Positions 8,489 to 18,370 of a DNA stretch of 64,000 bases are shown here, in pieces. Position 1 is the first letter of the stretch. Every line of letters begins with the position of its first letter. Made by a program: the position numbers and the translations under genes. This stretch comes from an uncultured Chloroflexia bacterium. GTDB taxonomy: Bacteria > Chloroflexota > Limnocylindria > Limnocylindrales > CSP1-4. The stretch lies in assembly GCA_963829105.1 (NCBI GenBank), contig CAWHHF010000022.1, positions 721,685 to 785,684 of the forward strand. The letters run 5' to 3'. The notes beneath the pieces are model-generated. The model made no database searches and was not told the DNA's origin. It saw only the letters and a list, made by a program, of their open reading frames with translations.

Positions 8489-9733
8489 ATGGCGGCACGG
8501 GAGACACCGGTTCTCGACCCGGGCGAGGCGGCACACGAGGGCGAACGCGCGATCGCGGAGGCCGAGGCGCACGCCGCCCACAACTACCGCCCGCTGCCGG
8601 TCGTCCTGGCCCGCGGCGAGGGTGCCTGGGTCGAGGACACGGACGGTCGCCGGTACCTCGACATGCTCGCGGGCTACAGCGCGCTCAACTTCGGCCACCG
8701 CCATCCGCGCCTCGTGGCTGCGGCCGAGCGGCAGCTCGGGCGCCTCACCCTGACCAGTCGTGCGTTTCACAACGACCTGCTCGGGACGTTCGCGGCGGAG
8801 CTCTCGGCGCTGTGCGGCATGGACACGATCCTGCCGATGAACACGGGGGCCGAGGCCGTGGAGACCGCGCTCAAGATGGCCCGCAAGTGGGGCTACCGGG
8901 CGAAGGGCGTGGCCGAGGGCAGGGCCAGGATCATCGTCTTCGGCGGCAACTTCCACGGCCGCACGACCACGATCGTCAGCTTCTCGGACGACCCCGCCGC
9001 GCGCGCCGGGTTCGGGCCCTTCACACCCGGGTTCGTGACCGTGCCGTACGGCGATGTCGCGGCGCTCGCCGCGGCGATCGACGAGGACACGGTCGCGGTC
9101 CTGCTCGAGCCGATCCAGGGCGAGGCGGGCGTCATCATCCCGCCCGAGGGCTACCTCCGCGAGGTCCGGGGCCTGTGCACCGACCACCGTGTCCTCATGC
9201 TCGCGGACGAGATCCAGTCGGGGCTCGGTCGGACGGGCGCCACCTTCGCCTGCGACCACGAGGCCGTGGTGCCGGACGCGTACATCCTGGGCAAGGCCCT
9301 CGGCGGCGGCATCCTGCCGGTCTCGGCGGTCGTGGCGCGGTCGGAGGTCATGGCGGTCTTCCGGCCAGGCGAGCACGGCAGCACGTTCGGCGGCAATCCG
9401 CTCGCGTGCTCGGTCGGGATCGAGGTCGTCCGGATGCTCGAGACCGGGGAATTCCAGGCGCGTGCCAGCGAGCTGGGGCTCCTCCTGCAGGACCTCCTCG
9501 AGGCGCTGCCGTGTGACCGAGTCTCGGCGGTCCGCTCGCGCGGGCTGTGGGCCGGGATCGACGTCGTCGGCCGCACCGGACGGGACGTCTGCGAGGGCCT
9601 CATGCGGCGGGGCGTGCTGGCGAAGGACACGCACGGGTCCACGATCCGGCTGGCGCCGCCGCTGGTCATCGAGCGTGCCGAGCTCGAGTGGGCGGTCGAG
9701 CAGCTCCGCGAGGAGCTCGAGTCCGGGGCATAG
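8489..9733 (+). CDS. rocD: Ornithine--oxo-acid aminotransferase (class III PLP aminotransferase)
   Basis: HNYRPLPVVLARGEGAWVEDTDGRRYLDMLAGYSALNFGHRHPRLV, LADEIQSGLGRTG and GKALGGGILPVSAV are typical RocD/OAT motifs. Confidence 0.9.
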   Translation: MAARETPVLDPGEAAHEGERAIAEAEAHAAHNYRPLPVVLARGEGAWVEDTDGRRYLDMLAGYSALNFGHRHPRLVAAAERQLGRLTLTSRAFHNDLLGTFAAELSALCGMDTILPMNTGAEAVETALKMARKWGYRAKGVAEGRARIIVFGGNFHGRTTTIVSFSDDPAARAGFGPFTPGFVTVPYGDVAALAAAIDEDTVAVLLEPIQGEAGVIIPPEGYLREVRGLCTDHRVLMLADEIQSGLGRTGATFACDHEAVVPDAYILGKALGGGILPVSAVVARSEVMAVFRPGEHGSTFGGNPLACSVGIEVVRMLETGEFQARASELGLLLQDLLEALPCDRVSAVRSRGLWAGIDVVGRTGRDVCEGLMRRGVLAKDTHGSTIRLAPPLVIERAELEWAVEQLREELESGA

Positions 9734-9786
9734 GGCCGAGGGTTGGCAACGATCGTGGCCTCCACGCGAGACGGAGACTGGAACCC

Positions 9787-10233
9787 TTGACCATCGGCCA
9801 CTCGCTGCAGGCGGCCTTCCTGCGTGCCCACCAGGCGGTCTACCGGCGGACGGACGGACGCGTCGGCCACCGCCTGGCGGGACCGCCTTCGCTGCTGCTG
9901 CACACGACCGGTCGCCGGTCGGGCCTGCGACGCAAGGCCGTGCTCGTCTATGCCCGCGATGCATCGGACTTCGTGGTGGTCGCCTCGAACGACGGCCAGG
10001 ACAGCCACCCGGCATGGCTCCTCAACATCGTCGCCGATCCTGCCGTCACCGTGCAGGTGGCCCGTCGCAGCGCGCGCGGCCGGGCGAGGGTGATCGTGCC
10101 GGGCGACCCGGACTACGCTCGCCTGTGGGCGCTGGTCAACAAGGTCAACCACCACCGCTACGAGGGCTACCAGCGGCGGACGACCAGGCCGATCCCGCTC
10201 GTCGCGGTGACGCCGATCGGACACCTCACCTGA
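9787..10233 (+). CDS. Nitroreductase-family deazaflavin (F420)-dependent oxidoreductase (DUF385)
   Basis: LLLHTTGRRSGLRRKAVLVY..FVVVASNDGQDSHPAWLLNIVADPAVTVQV..YEGYQRRTTRPIPLVAVTP. The TTG start is uncertain. Confidence 0.8.
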   Translation: MTIGHSLQAAFLRAHQAVYRRTDGRVGHRLAGPPSLLLHTTGRRSGLRRKAVLVYARDASDFVVVASNDGQDSHPAWLLNIVADPAVTVQVARRSARGRARVIVPGDPDYARLWALVNKVNHHRYEGYQRRTTRPIPLVAVTPIGHLT

Positions 10234-10252
10234 CGCACCCCGGGCGCGCCGG

Positions 10253-11254
10253 TCAGGCCACCGCGACCGGACGCTCGATGGCCGTGTCCGGCCGGAACCG
10301 GCGATCGACGAGGACCCGCACGACGTAGGCGACCTCGAGGCCGGCGCCGTCGAACGAGGGTGCGCTGCCGGCCGGTAAGGCCAGCGCGACCTCCGCGCTC
10401 CCGGCCCGTAGCTCCTCCGAGCCGGTATTCGCGACCGCGACGATGCCCTCGGTCCCGTTGGGCGCGTTCGTGCGCCGGTGGAGCTCGATGCGGGCGGCGC
10501 CGCCCGGAGCGTTCGGCCACGCGGCGCGGACCCCGATCGTCGAGCCGGGGGCCGCCGGCAGCGGCGACGTGATCGAGATGGTCCCTTCGTCCAGGTTCAC
10601 GCTGTCCAGGAGCGCGGTGCCGCCCTGCTTGCCGACGCCGGCCCGGATCAGATCCGGATGCTGCGCGACGGGCACGAGGAGCGCAACGAAGGCGTCGTCG
10701 GCCATTGCCACGTCCCAGCGCGCCTCGAGCGCCCACGCCACGATGGCCTCGCCCAGGTGGGCGCTCGGCGGCCCGAGGGGCGGGGCCGGGACCAGGAACC
10801 GGGTCTCGAACACCTCGCCGGCGGCGAGCGCGGCGGGAATGGCCGGCTCCATGAACGCATCCTCGACGAACAGGCGCCCGTTCGCCTCGACCCAGCTCTC
10901 GGTACGGCTGGTGTTCTCACCGGTCTCGTGGGTCTCGCTCTTCCGCTCCTCGACCAGGCGCAGCCCCACGAGGCGCAGGGCGGCCTTCCGGGCCGAGACA
11001 GGCTCGCCCGCCGTCAGGCGCAGCGTGCCCGCGATCCCCTCCCCCACCCGCACCGGACCGTCCAGGACGAACCGGCCGTCGATCCCGCCCGACGATTGAC
11101 GGACGAGGTCCTCCGGCCGGATGTCGTGCAGCGGGTGCGAGCCCTCGGGTCCGGCCAACCGCCCGCCGTTGGCGGCGTCGAAGGGCTCCGGGCAGTGGCC
11201 CTCGCGTCTCGCAAGACCGAACCCTCCGCTGCCACCGAACGAGATCGAGACCAT
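10253..11254 (-). CDS. Hypothetical protein with a two-lobed beta-sandwich (arrestin/Spo0M-like) pattern
   Basis: ATG 11254 lies after GAAGGTGGAG. Two halves show a similar alternating pattern (GIAGTLRLTAGEPVSARKAALRLVGLRLVEE; GSTIGVRAAWPNAPGGAARIELHRR). The fold assignment is a guess. Confidence 0.6.
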   Translation of the reverse strand: MVSISFGGSGGFGLARREGHCPEPFDAANGGRLAGPEGSHPLHDIRPEDLVRQSSGGIDGRFVLDGPVRVGEGIAGTLRLTAGEPVSARKAALRLVGLRLVEERKSETHETGENTSRTESWVEANGRLFVEDAFMEPAIPAALAAGEVFETRFLVPAPPLGPPSAHLGEAIVAWALEARWDVAMADDAFVALLVPVAQHPDLIRAGVGKQGGTALLDSVNLDEGTISITSPLPAAPGSTIGVRAAWPNAPGGAARIELHRRTNAPNGTEGIVAVANTGSEELRAGSAEVALALPAGSAPSFDGAGLEVAYVVRVLVDRRFRPDTAIERPVAVA

Positions 11255-11389
11255 GTCGCGCTCCACCTTCCCCTGGGGCCGTTGACCAGCGCGACCGACC
11301 TTGCGGCACGCTGGCAGGCGCGTCAACAGCGCGGAGGGAGGCGCGCCGACAGGTTTGGGCGCGCCGGCCGCCGGGCCGGGCCTGGCCGC

Positions 11390-11791
11390 TCAACGCCTGG
11401 TGACGACCCGCCGGATGTTCCGGAGCGCCTCGTCCAGCATCCGCTCGACCCCCGCGACATCCACGTCGTCCCGGGTGTGCAGCCGGACCGTCACCTGGCA
11501 GGTGCTCGCGGTGCCCTCCGCGACCGCGATCGAGCCCGCGTAGCCGGTGCCGGGGCGGCCCCACTCGACCCGACGCGCCGACCGGTCCACGAGGAACCGC
11601 GCCTCGTCCCGGTCGCGGTTCCCGTCGGAGTCGGGCGCAGCCGCGTCCTCGCCGTCGACCACGATCGTCTCGACGTGCGAAGCGGTCGGCACCCAGTCGG
11701 TGATCCGCTGCGGGTCTGCGAAGAAGACGAAGGCCGTCTCCGCCGGGACACCGAGCGTCGCGGTCCGCTCAAACTCGGCCATGACCGTCAT
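11390..11791 (-). CDS. SRPBCC (START/polyketide cyclase-like) family protein
   Basis: 133 aa. FERTATLGVPAETAFVFFADPQRITDWVP..CQVTVRLH is a typical SRPBCC layout. Confidence 0.65.
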   Translation of the reverse strand: MTVMAEFERTATLGVPAETAFVFFADPQRITDWVPTASHVETIVVDGEDAAAPDSDGNRDRDEARFLVDRSARRVEWGRPGTGYAGSIAVAEGTASTCQVTVRLHTRDDVDVAGVERMLDEALRNIRRVVTRR

Positions 11792-11954
11792 CCCTCACTG
11801 GGCCAACTCGAGGATTGGTGGATGCCGGGTCCGCCGGCGCCAGACCATGATGCCTCCGGAGCGGGCATGGCCGCAGGAAGGGCCGGATCCGGCCGGGCGG
11901 GCAGGGCCGAACCGGGGCGGGCATGGCCGTCGAGATCGACGCGAGCGGGCTTCC

Positions 11955-12623
11955 CTACCCTGCCCGACGGGTCCTGGCGCATCCGGCCACCGCCGGCCCG
12001 CCGAACCGTTGTGTCCGGAAGGCCCAGACCTCGCTCCCGGTGTCGCGCCAGGCATCGGCCGGCAACCCGGCCTTCCGGCAGCACGTGTCGAGCATCGTCC
12101 GGCTGTCCATCCCGCGCATGCGGGAGACCTCCGGCAGGAGCAGGCCCCTGCGCCCGTTGCGGCAGACCACGACCCCATCCGTCCCGAGCCGCCATGCCAG
12201 CGGGTCGTCGAGCCGGACGAGCGGCCCGAGGATGGAGATCTCGATCTCGATCTCGGGAAGGACCCGGGGTTCCAGGCGGGGAAACCGGGGATCGTCCCGG
12301 GCGGCCCAGCGAGCCGCCTGCACGACCGAGGCCCAGGCGGGCGTCCCGGGGTCCATGACGCCCATGCAACCGCGGAGCTGCCCGTGCTCCTCCAGCGTGA
12401 CGAACGCGGACGCGCGGCGCTCCGACAGCGGCTCCCGGTTGAGCTCGGCCTCGAGGCTCTCGTCCCCGAGGGATCCGGCGGCGACCGCCACGGCCACCCT
12501 GGCGAGCACGAGCAACCGTTCCTGCTCCTCCGGGCCGACGTCCACGCTCCCGGGGAGCCGGCCCGCTCCACCCTCCGGCGGGCCGGCCGGACGCGACGTC
12601 CCGGCGCCGGCGAGATCAGGCAT
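11955..12623 (-). CDS. amrA: AmmeMemoRadiSam system protein A (AMMECR1 domain)
   Basis: RASAFVTLEEHGQLRGCMGV..DDPRFPRL..LPEIEIEISILGPL..GRRGLLLPEV are AMMECR1 hallmarks. ATG follows GGAGGTG. Confidence 0.85.
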   Translation of the reverse strand: MPDLAGAGTSRPAGPPEGGAGRLPGSVDVGPEEQERLLVLARVAVAVAAGSLGDESLEAELNREPLSERRASAFVTLEEHGQLRGCMGVMDPGTPAWASVVQAARWAARDDPRFPRLEPRVLPEIEIEISILGPLVRLDDPLAWRLGTDGVVVCRNGRRGLLLPEVSRMRGMDSRTMLDTCCRKAGLPADAWRDTGSEVWAFRTQRFGGPAVAGCARTRRAG

Positions 12624-12757
12624 GGCGAGCACCTCCAGCGACGGTCGCATCATCGTCCCCGCCGTCGTCCACCCCCAGTGCGAAACCGCCACGATTCCGG
12701 ACCGGCCGGCACTGTGGTCCCGGATCCCGGCGCGCGAGACTGTGACCGGAGTCGCCG

Positions 12758-13831
12758 ATGTCGCTGGTCGCCCGCCCCGGGGTCGAACCCGTCCTCACCA
12801 TCCTCGCGACGCCGAACCCGGACGGATCCGTCCGCTGCGGCGTCTGCGCACACCGCTGCCTGGTCAGGCCCGGCCGTCACGGCATCTGTGGCGTCCGCGA
12901 GAACCGTGGCGGGACCCTGTGGTGCGCGGCGTACGGCGCGGTCGCTGCAGCAGGCGTGGACCCGATCGAGAAGAAGCCCCTGTTCCACGTGGACCCGGGG
13001 ACGCTCGCCTACTCCATCTCCACGACGGGCTGCCCGTTCCACTGCACGTTCTGCCAGAACTGGGAGATCGCGCAGGGCCCGCGGCTCGGGCTCGACATCC
13101 CGCTGCGCCCGATGCCGCCCGCGCAGGTCGTCGCCGAGGCCCGGAGGGCGGGCGCGGGCTCGATCGCATACACGTACGTCGAGCCGACGGTCTTCCTCGA
13201 GTATGCCCTCGACACCGGGCGCCTCGCGCGCGAGGCCGGGATCCGGAACCTGTTCGTCACCGACGGCTATGCGACCCCGGAGGCCGTCCACCTCCTGGCC
13301 GCCGTCCTCGACGCGGCGAACGTGGACCTCAAGAGCTTTGACGACGCCTTCTACCGGCGGCTGTGCGGGGCCCGCCTCGCACATGTCCAGGCGGCGATCG
13401 TCGCCCTGCGTGACGCGGGCGTCTGGCTGGAGGTCACAACCCTGGTCATCCCGGGTCACAACGACGGCGATGCCGAACTTCGGGCCCTGACGCGCTGGAT
13501 CGTCCAGGCGCTTGGGCCCGGCACCCCCTGGCACGTGAGCCGGTTCTTCCCGGCGTTCCACATGCCGGACGCGCCGCCCACGCCGTACTCGACGCTGCAG
13601 CGGGCGGCCGACATCGGGCGGGACGCAGGGCTCCGGTACGTCTACGTCGGCAACGCGCCCGAGCTTCGCCTCGAGGACACACGGTGTCCCGGGTGTGACG
13701 CGCTGCTCGTGGAACGTCGCGGCTACCGGAGCCGCTCCTACCTCCGGGCCGGAGGGACATGTCCCGGATGCGCGCGGCCGACCGAAGGGCGATGGCGGGA
13801 CATGGAGCCGCGGGACGTGCCCGGGAGGTGA
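12758..13831 (+). CDS. amrS: AmmeMemoRadiSam system radical SAM enzyme
   Basis: N-terminal Cys cluster CGVCAHRCLV..GICG, radical SAM CPFHCTFCQNWEIAQ, and IEKKPLFH. Confidence 0.9.
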   Translation: MSLVARPGVEPVLTILATPNPDGSVRCGVCAHRCLVRPGRHGICGVRENRGGTLWCAAYGAVAAAGVDPIEKKPLFHVDPGTLAYSISTTGCPFHCTFCQNWEIAQGPRLGLDIPLRPMPPAQVVAEARRAGAGSIAYTYVEPTVFLEYALDTGRLAREAGIRNLFVTDGYATPEAVHLLAAVLDAANVDLKSFDDAFYRRLCGARLAHVQAAIVALRDAGVWLEVTTLVIPGHNDGDAELRALTRWIVQALGPGTPWHVSRFFPAFHMPDAPPTPYSTLQRAADIGRDAGLRYVYVGNAPELRLEDTRCPGCDALLVERRGYRSRSYLRAGGTCPGCARPTEGRWRDMEPRDVPGR

Positions 13832-14778
13832 TGGCGATGCGGGCGTGGGGTGACGGACCGGCTCAGCGGGCGGTTCGCAGGGCGGCGGTGGCAGGCACGT
13901 TCTACCCGGCGTCGGGGGACGTCCTGCGCGCGACCGTCGAGGAGCTGTTCGCAGCCGCCGAACGACTGCCTGGCGTGCGGGCGGACTCGGCCCCGGCGCG
14001 CGGTACCCCGATGGGCATCCTCGTGCCGCACGCCGGCCTCGCCTACTCGGGGATCCCCGCGGCCGCCGGCTGGGGCCGCCTCCGCAGCACGCCGGGCAAG
14101 CCCGCGCGCGCCCCGGCGACGATCGTCCTGCTCGGGACAAACCACCGCGCGGGCTGGCTGAACGGCGTCGCGGCCTGGGAGACCGGCGCCTGGTCCACCC
14201 CGGCCGGTACGGTTGGGGTGGACGACTCGCTCGCGGCGGCCATCGTGGGCCTGGGGCCGCCGTTCCTGGTCGACCGGGGCGCCCACGACGGCGAGCACTC
14301 GATCGAGGTCCAGTTGCCGCTCCTGCTCGCGGTCGATCCGGCGGCCCGCGTGGTCCCGCTCACCGTCTCCTCGGGCCGCGGCGCGGGGGCGATCGACGCC
14401 GGGACGCGGCTCGGGACGCTGCTCGCCGCCCGGCGGTCCGCCGGCGAGCGGGTCGTCCTCGCCATCAGCACCGACATGGCGCACTACCCTCCTGCCGCCG
14501 CCTGCGAGCACGCGACCGACCTGCTGCTGCCGTCCATCCTCGCCCTCGACGCAGCGCGCCTCGCGCAGCAGGAGGCCGAGCTCCGCCGCGCCGGGATCCG
14601 CGATCTTGTCTGCGGCATGTGCGGCATCGACCCCGCGGTGCTCGGCCTCGCCGCTCTTCGGGCCATGGGCGCCAGCGGGGGCCGGGCCCTTGCCGCGGCG
14701 ACGTCAGCGGACGCCGGCGGTCCGCCGGGCCGGACCGTGGGCTACCTTGCCGCCAGGTTCGATGGCGCCGGGATCTGA
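13831..14778 (+). CDS. amrB: AmmeMemoRadiSam system protein B (Memo-like)
   Basis: AVAGTFYPASGDVL, GILVPHAGLAYSG and GEHSIEVQLPLL are Memo motifs. The ATG overlaps the amrS TGA by one nt, after GGGAGG. Confidence 0.85.
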   Translation: MAMRAWGDGPAQRAVRRAAVAGTFYPASGDVLRATVEELFAAAERLPGVRADSAPARGTPMGILVPHAGLAYSGIPAAAGWGRLRSTPGKPARAPATIVLLGTNHRAGWLNGVAAWETGAWSTPAGTVGVDDSLAAAIVGLGPPFLVDRGAHDGEHSIEVQLPLLLAVDPAARVVPLTVSSGRGAGAIDAGTRLGTLLAARRSAGERVVLAISTDMAHYPPAAACEHATDLLLPSILALDAARLAQQEAELRRAGIRDLVCGMCGIDPAVLGLAALRAMGASGGRALAAATSADAGGPPGRTVGYLAARFDGAGI

Positions 14779-14969
14779 CCCGGCGGCGAGCCCCGGACGG
14801 AGGCCGGTGCCCGGCCGTCCGGCCAAGGCCAACGCGGCCCCGCCGCGGTCGCTATCCTCCGGGTTCATGAACGGCGCCGGGGTCGGCTCAAGCTTCAGGT
14901 CCGTCGACCGCCGACCTTGCGGCGGCGACCGGAGCGTGGCGCCCTCCGCGGGCTGCTCCGGGGGCATCG

Positions 14970-16796
14970 GTGCAGCCGCCCGCGCCTGATCCCGCGGCGC
15001 CCGGGATTCGCCGGCCCCGCCGACGCCTGGCCTTCACCGCCGCATTCGGCGTGGGCCTCGCGGTGGTGCTCCTCGTCGCCGGGGCCGGGCTGGTCGCCTG
15101 GGACGCCGGCTACGAGGGCCGGGTGCTCCCGGGCGTGCACGTCGGCAGCGTCGACCTGTCCGGCCTGGACCGGACCGCCGCGACCCGGGCTCTCGAGGCT
15201 GCTTATGCCTTCGACCGGGGCCGCCTCGTCCTGCGCACCCCGGACGGCGACATCCCGATCCCCTACGCGGCCTTCGGCCGTCGCGCCGAGATCGACGCCC
15301 TGGTCGACGAGGCGATGCGGGCGGGGCGCGACGGCGACGTGGTCGAGCGCGCGGTCGGGGAGGTCCGCCAGGCCCGGGACGGCGTGACGATCCTCCCGCG
15401 GCTCGTACTCGACAAGGTGGCGCTGACGACCACCATCACGGCCGCCCTGCGGCCGCTGGAACGGGCGCCGGTCGACGCGACGATCGCCCTGACGACGGAC
15501 GGGTCGGTCACGACGCCGGCCGACCCGGGGCGAACGGCCGACTCGGCCCCGGTCGTGGCGGCCGCGCTTGCCGCCACGACCGCGATGGACGCGCCCGCCG
15601 AGATCGTCCTTCCCGTGGCCGTGGCCGTCATCCCACCGGCACGGGACGACGGCACCGTCGCCATCGCCAGGATCCGCGTCCAGCGGCTCGTCCGCGACGT
15701 CGTCGTCGCCTGGGGCAAGAAGAAGTGGACGGTCAAGGCATCGACGGTCCGCACCTGGGTTCGCCTCGAGGAGCGTGCCGACGGGTCCGTCGTGCCGGTG
15801 ATCGACACCACGAAGATCTCGCCCACGCTCAAGGCAGCGGCCAAGGCAATCCTGAAGAAGCCGGCATCCGCGTCGTTCCTCAAGAACCGGAGCGGCAAGC
15901 CGATCGGCGTGGTCCCGGGCAAGGACGGGCGGGCTCTGGACGTGGACGCGACCGTCGCGCGCATCGCAGCCGAGCTCCAGGCCCGGGCCGATGGCGACCT
16001 GGCCGCCCCGGTCGGCGTGGTCACGATGAAGGTCACTCCGAAGCTGACGACGGAGGAGGCCACCGCCACCGCGCCGCTGATGACGAAGCTCGGGTCCTGG
16101 ACCACCTACTTCCCGATCAGCGAGCGCAACTTCTTCGGCGCGAACATCTGGCGCCCCGCCCAGATCATCAACGGGACGGTCCTCAAGCCGGGCCAGCGCT
16201 TCGAGTGGTGGAGCGCGATCGGGCCGGTCACCGCAGCGCGCGGCTTCGGACCCGGCGGCGTCATCCGGGGCAGCTTCACGGATCCCACCGGGGCGACCGG
16301 CGGCGGCATGTGCTCCAGCTCCACGACGCTGTTCAATGCGGCGCTGCGCGCGGGCCTCCAGGTCAACGCCCGGTCCGCCCACAAGTACTACATCTACCGC
16401 TATCCGCTTGGGCTGGACGCCACCGTGTCCAAGATGGGAGGCGGCACGCAGACGATGTCGTTCACGAACGACACGAAGCACCTCGTCTACATCCGGGGGA
16501 TCCGGACCCGCGGCGGCGGCCGCGGCTACGTCACCTACGAGATCTGGGGCGTCGGCGACGGCCGCAGGGTCTCGATCGGGCGGCCGGTCGTCACGAACGT
16601 TAGCGTCGCGACCACGACGGAGAAGATCGTGGACACTCTCCCGCACGGCGTGCGCGACCAGGTCGAATACCCCTCGAACGGGATGGATGTCTCGGTCACC
16701 CGAGTCGTCCGCAGCGCCGCGGGCAAGGTGATGCACGTCGACACGTTCCGCACCCACTACGTGCTCTGGAACGGGCGGATCGAGATCGGCCGCTAG
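14970..16796 (+). CDS. VanW family protein (N-terminal TM anchor)
   Basis: GANIWRPAQIINGTVLKPGQRFEWW..GGGMCSSSTTLFNAALRAGLQ..YPLGLDATV is the VanW core. Confidence 0.85.
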   Translation: MQPPAPDPAAPGIRRPRRRLAFTAAFGVGLAVVLLVAGAGLVAWDAGYEGRVLPGVHVGSVDLSGLDRTAATRALEAAYAFDRGRLVLRTPDGDIPIPYAAFGRRAEIDALVDEAMRAGRDGDVVERAVGEVRQARDGVTILPRLVLDKVALTTTITAALRPLERAPVDATIALTTDGSVTTPADPGRTADSAPVVAAALAATTAMDAPAEIVLPVAVAVIPPARDDGTVAIARIRVQRLVRDVVVAWGKKKWTVKASTVRTWVRLEERADGSVVPVIDTTKISPTLKAAAKAILKKPASASFLKNRSGKPIGVVPGKDGRALDVDATVARIAAELQARADGDLAAPVGVVTMKVTPKLTTEEATATAPLMTKLGSWTTYFPISERNFFGANIWRPAQIINGTVLKPGQRFEWWSAIGPVTAARGFGPGGVIRGSFTDPTGATGGGMCSSSTTLFNAALRAGLQVNARSAHKYYIYRYPLGLDATVSKMGGGTQTMSFTNDTKHLVYIRGIRTRGGGRGYVTYEIWGVGDGRRVSIGRPVVTNVSVATTTEKIVDTLPHGVRDQVEYPSNGMDVSVTRVVRSAAGKVMHVDTFRTHYVLWNGRIEIGR

Positions 16797-16842
16797 CGCG
16801 GATCGCCGACGGTGCGCTCCGGCGCTCCGGAGGCCTCAGGCC

Positions 16843-18237
16843 TCAGACGCCCGTCTCGGCGGGCAGCCTCCCGGCGCGCACCGCCGCCACCAGCGCCGCA
16901 TGGTCCCGCTCCGCCTGGTCCGCGTAGGCAACGCCGAAGTCGGCCAGGGCCCGGTCGAACACGTCGCCCGGCCCCAGGTACCCCGCGATCTCCGCGACGT
17001 TCCCGGACCGGGCGTGGGCCCGGGCGAGCGCCCACGCGCAGACCTGGGCGTACAGCTCCATTCCGGCGGGCCGAAGGCCGGCGATGTCGATGCCGTACTT
17101 CATGTCGTGGAGCTGGCGCACGTAGAACTCGGCACCGGTGGCGGGAGAAGTCGTCCAGCCCAGGAAGATGTCCGAGACGGCCTGCATGATCCGCTGCCCG
17201 CTGACCACGCGCTCGCCCTGGTGGCGGATCCGCCGCCCTTTGACGAAGGGGGCAATGACCGATGGCCTCGCCTCCTTGACCTGCAGGAACAGCGGCCCCC
17301 CCGACGGACCGCGGAAGAGCGCGATGTAGCAGCGGGTGCCCACGCTGCCGACGCCGACGACCTTGAGGGCGACGTCGACCAGCCTGTGCTTCTCGACGAT
17401 GACCCGGCGATCCGGTGCGAGGGACTTGACGTAGTCGCGGTAGACGTCCGGGACGGCCTGGCGCAGCGGGTCGTCGTCCGGGATCCGGCGCAGCAGGGGC
17501 GGGCGATGGCGGATGATCCATCCCCCATCCGGACCGGGCTGGGAGAGCTTGCCCAGCGCGGCCATGTGGTCCTTGCGCCGGGCGACCTCGAGCGCCTCCG
17601 CGAGGGTCGTCGCCAGGACGGTGCGCCGTCGGGCGCGCTCGACCCGTTCCAGGATGTCCCGGATCGGGATGGCCGCATACCAGACGTCGAGCGCCCGCAT
17701 CCCGGCGTACCGGCGCATCCAGGTGCGGTAGGCCCGGCCAACCTGTTCCGCGATGTCGCGGGCGGTCGGCTCGCCGTAGCCGTTGGACCTCGAGGCGACC
17801 ACGAAGCTGGCGGCGAGGCGCTTGACGTCCCACTCCCAGGGGCCGGGGTGCGTCTCGTCGAAGTCGTTGCAGTCGAACACGAGGCGCCGCTCCGGGCTCG
17901 CGAAGACCCCGAAGTTCGCAAGGTGGGCATCGCCGCACAGCTGGACGCTCGAGCCCATGCTCGGCGTGGTGGCCAGGTCCCCCGCCATCACCGCGGCCGA
18001 GCCCCGGTAGAACGCGAACGGCGACTCGATCATCCGCCCGATGCGGATGGGCACCAGGTCCTCCAGCCGGCCCACGTTGGACGCGATGACGGTGTCCACG
18101 GGATCGACCCGGCCCGCCGGCGCCGTCCACCCTGCATGGGCCGTCCGGGGGACCTGCCCGCGCCGGGCGCGCCCGCGGACGAGCGAGACGGCCGCCGGGC
18201 TGTCGGGCGGCGGGGGCGCGACGGGATCGATGAGCAT
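16843..18237 (-). CDS. DUF2252 domain protein
   Basis: FAFYRGSAAVMAGDLATTP..LCGDAHLANFGVFASPERRLVFDCNDFDETHPGPWEWDVKRLAAS. ATG follows AGGAGG. Confidence 0.85.
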   Translation of the reverse strand: MLIDPVAPPPPDSPAAVSLVRGRARRGQVPRTAHAGWTAPAGRVDPVDTVIASNVGRLEDLVPIRIGRMIESPFAFYRGSAAVMAGDLATTPSMGSSVQLCGDAHLANFGVFASPERRLVFDCNDFDETHPGPWEWDVKRLAASFVVASRSNGYGEPTARDIAEQVGRAYRTWMRRYAGMRALDVWYAAIPIRDILERVERARRRTVLATTLAEALEVARRKDHMAALGKLSQPGPDGGWIIRHRPPLLRRIPDDDPLRQAVPDVYRDYVKSLAPDRRVIVEKHRLVDVALKVVGVGSVGTRCYIALFRGPSGGPLFLQVKEARPSVIAPFVKGRRIRHQGERVVSGQRIMQAVSDIFLGWTTSPATGAEFYVRQLHDMKYGIDIAGLRPAGMELYAQVCAWALARAHARSGNVAEIAGYLGPGDVFDRALADFGVAYADQAERDHAALVAAVRAGRLPAETGV

Positions 18238-18370
18238 CTCGGCCTCCTGCTGGCCCTGTCGGGACGTGGCGGTTCCGCTGAGTCTAATCGCCGGCCGGCC
18301 GCTGACGCCTTCCGGCGACCCGCGCCAGCGTGCCAGCGTCTTCCCGGTCACGTTCCAGCGCCGGGTCGGC

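Noticed and set aside
10478-13490. Overlapping long plus-strand ORFs (10478-12358 and 11547-13490) and 38846-41008 / 42736-44901 on the minus strand
   Set aside because: They are out of frame or antisense to the recognised genes (arrestin-like, SRPBCC, amrA, amrS; mpl-like, cinA; ftsK). They are low-complexity Arg/Pro-rich translations.
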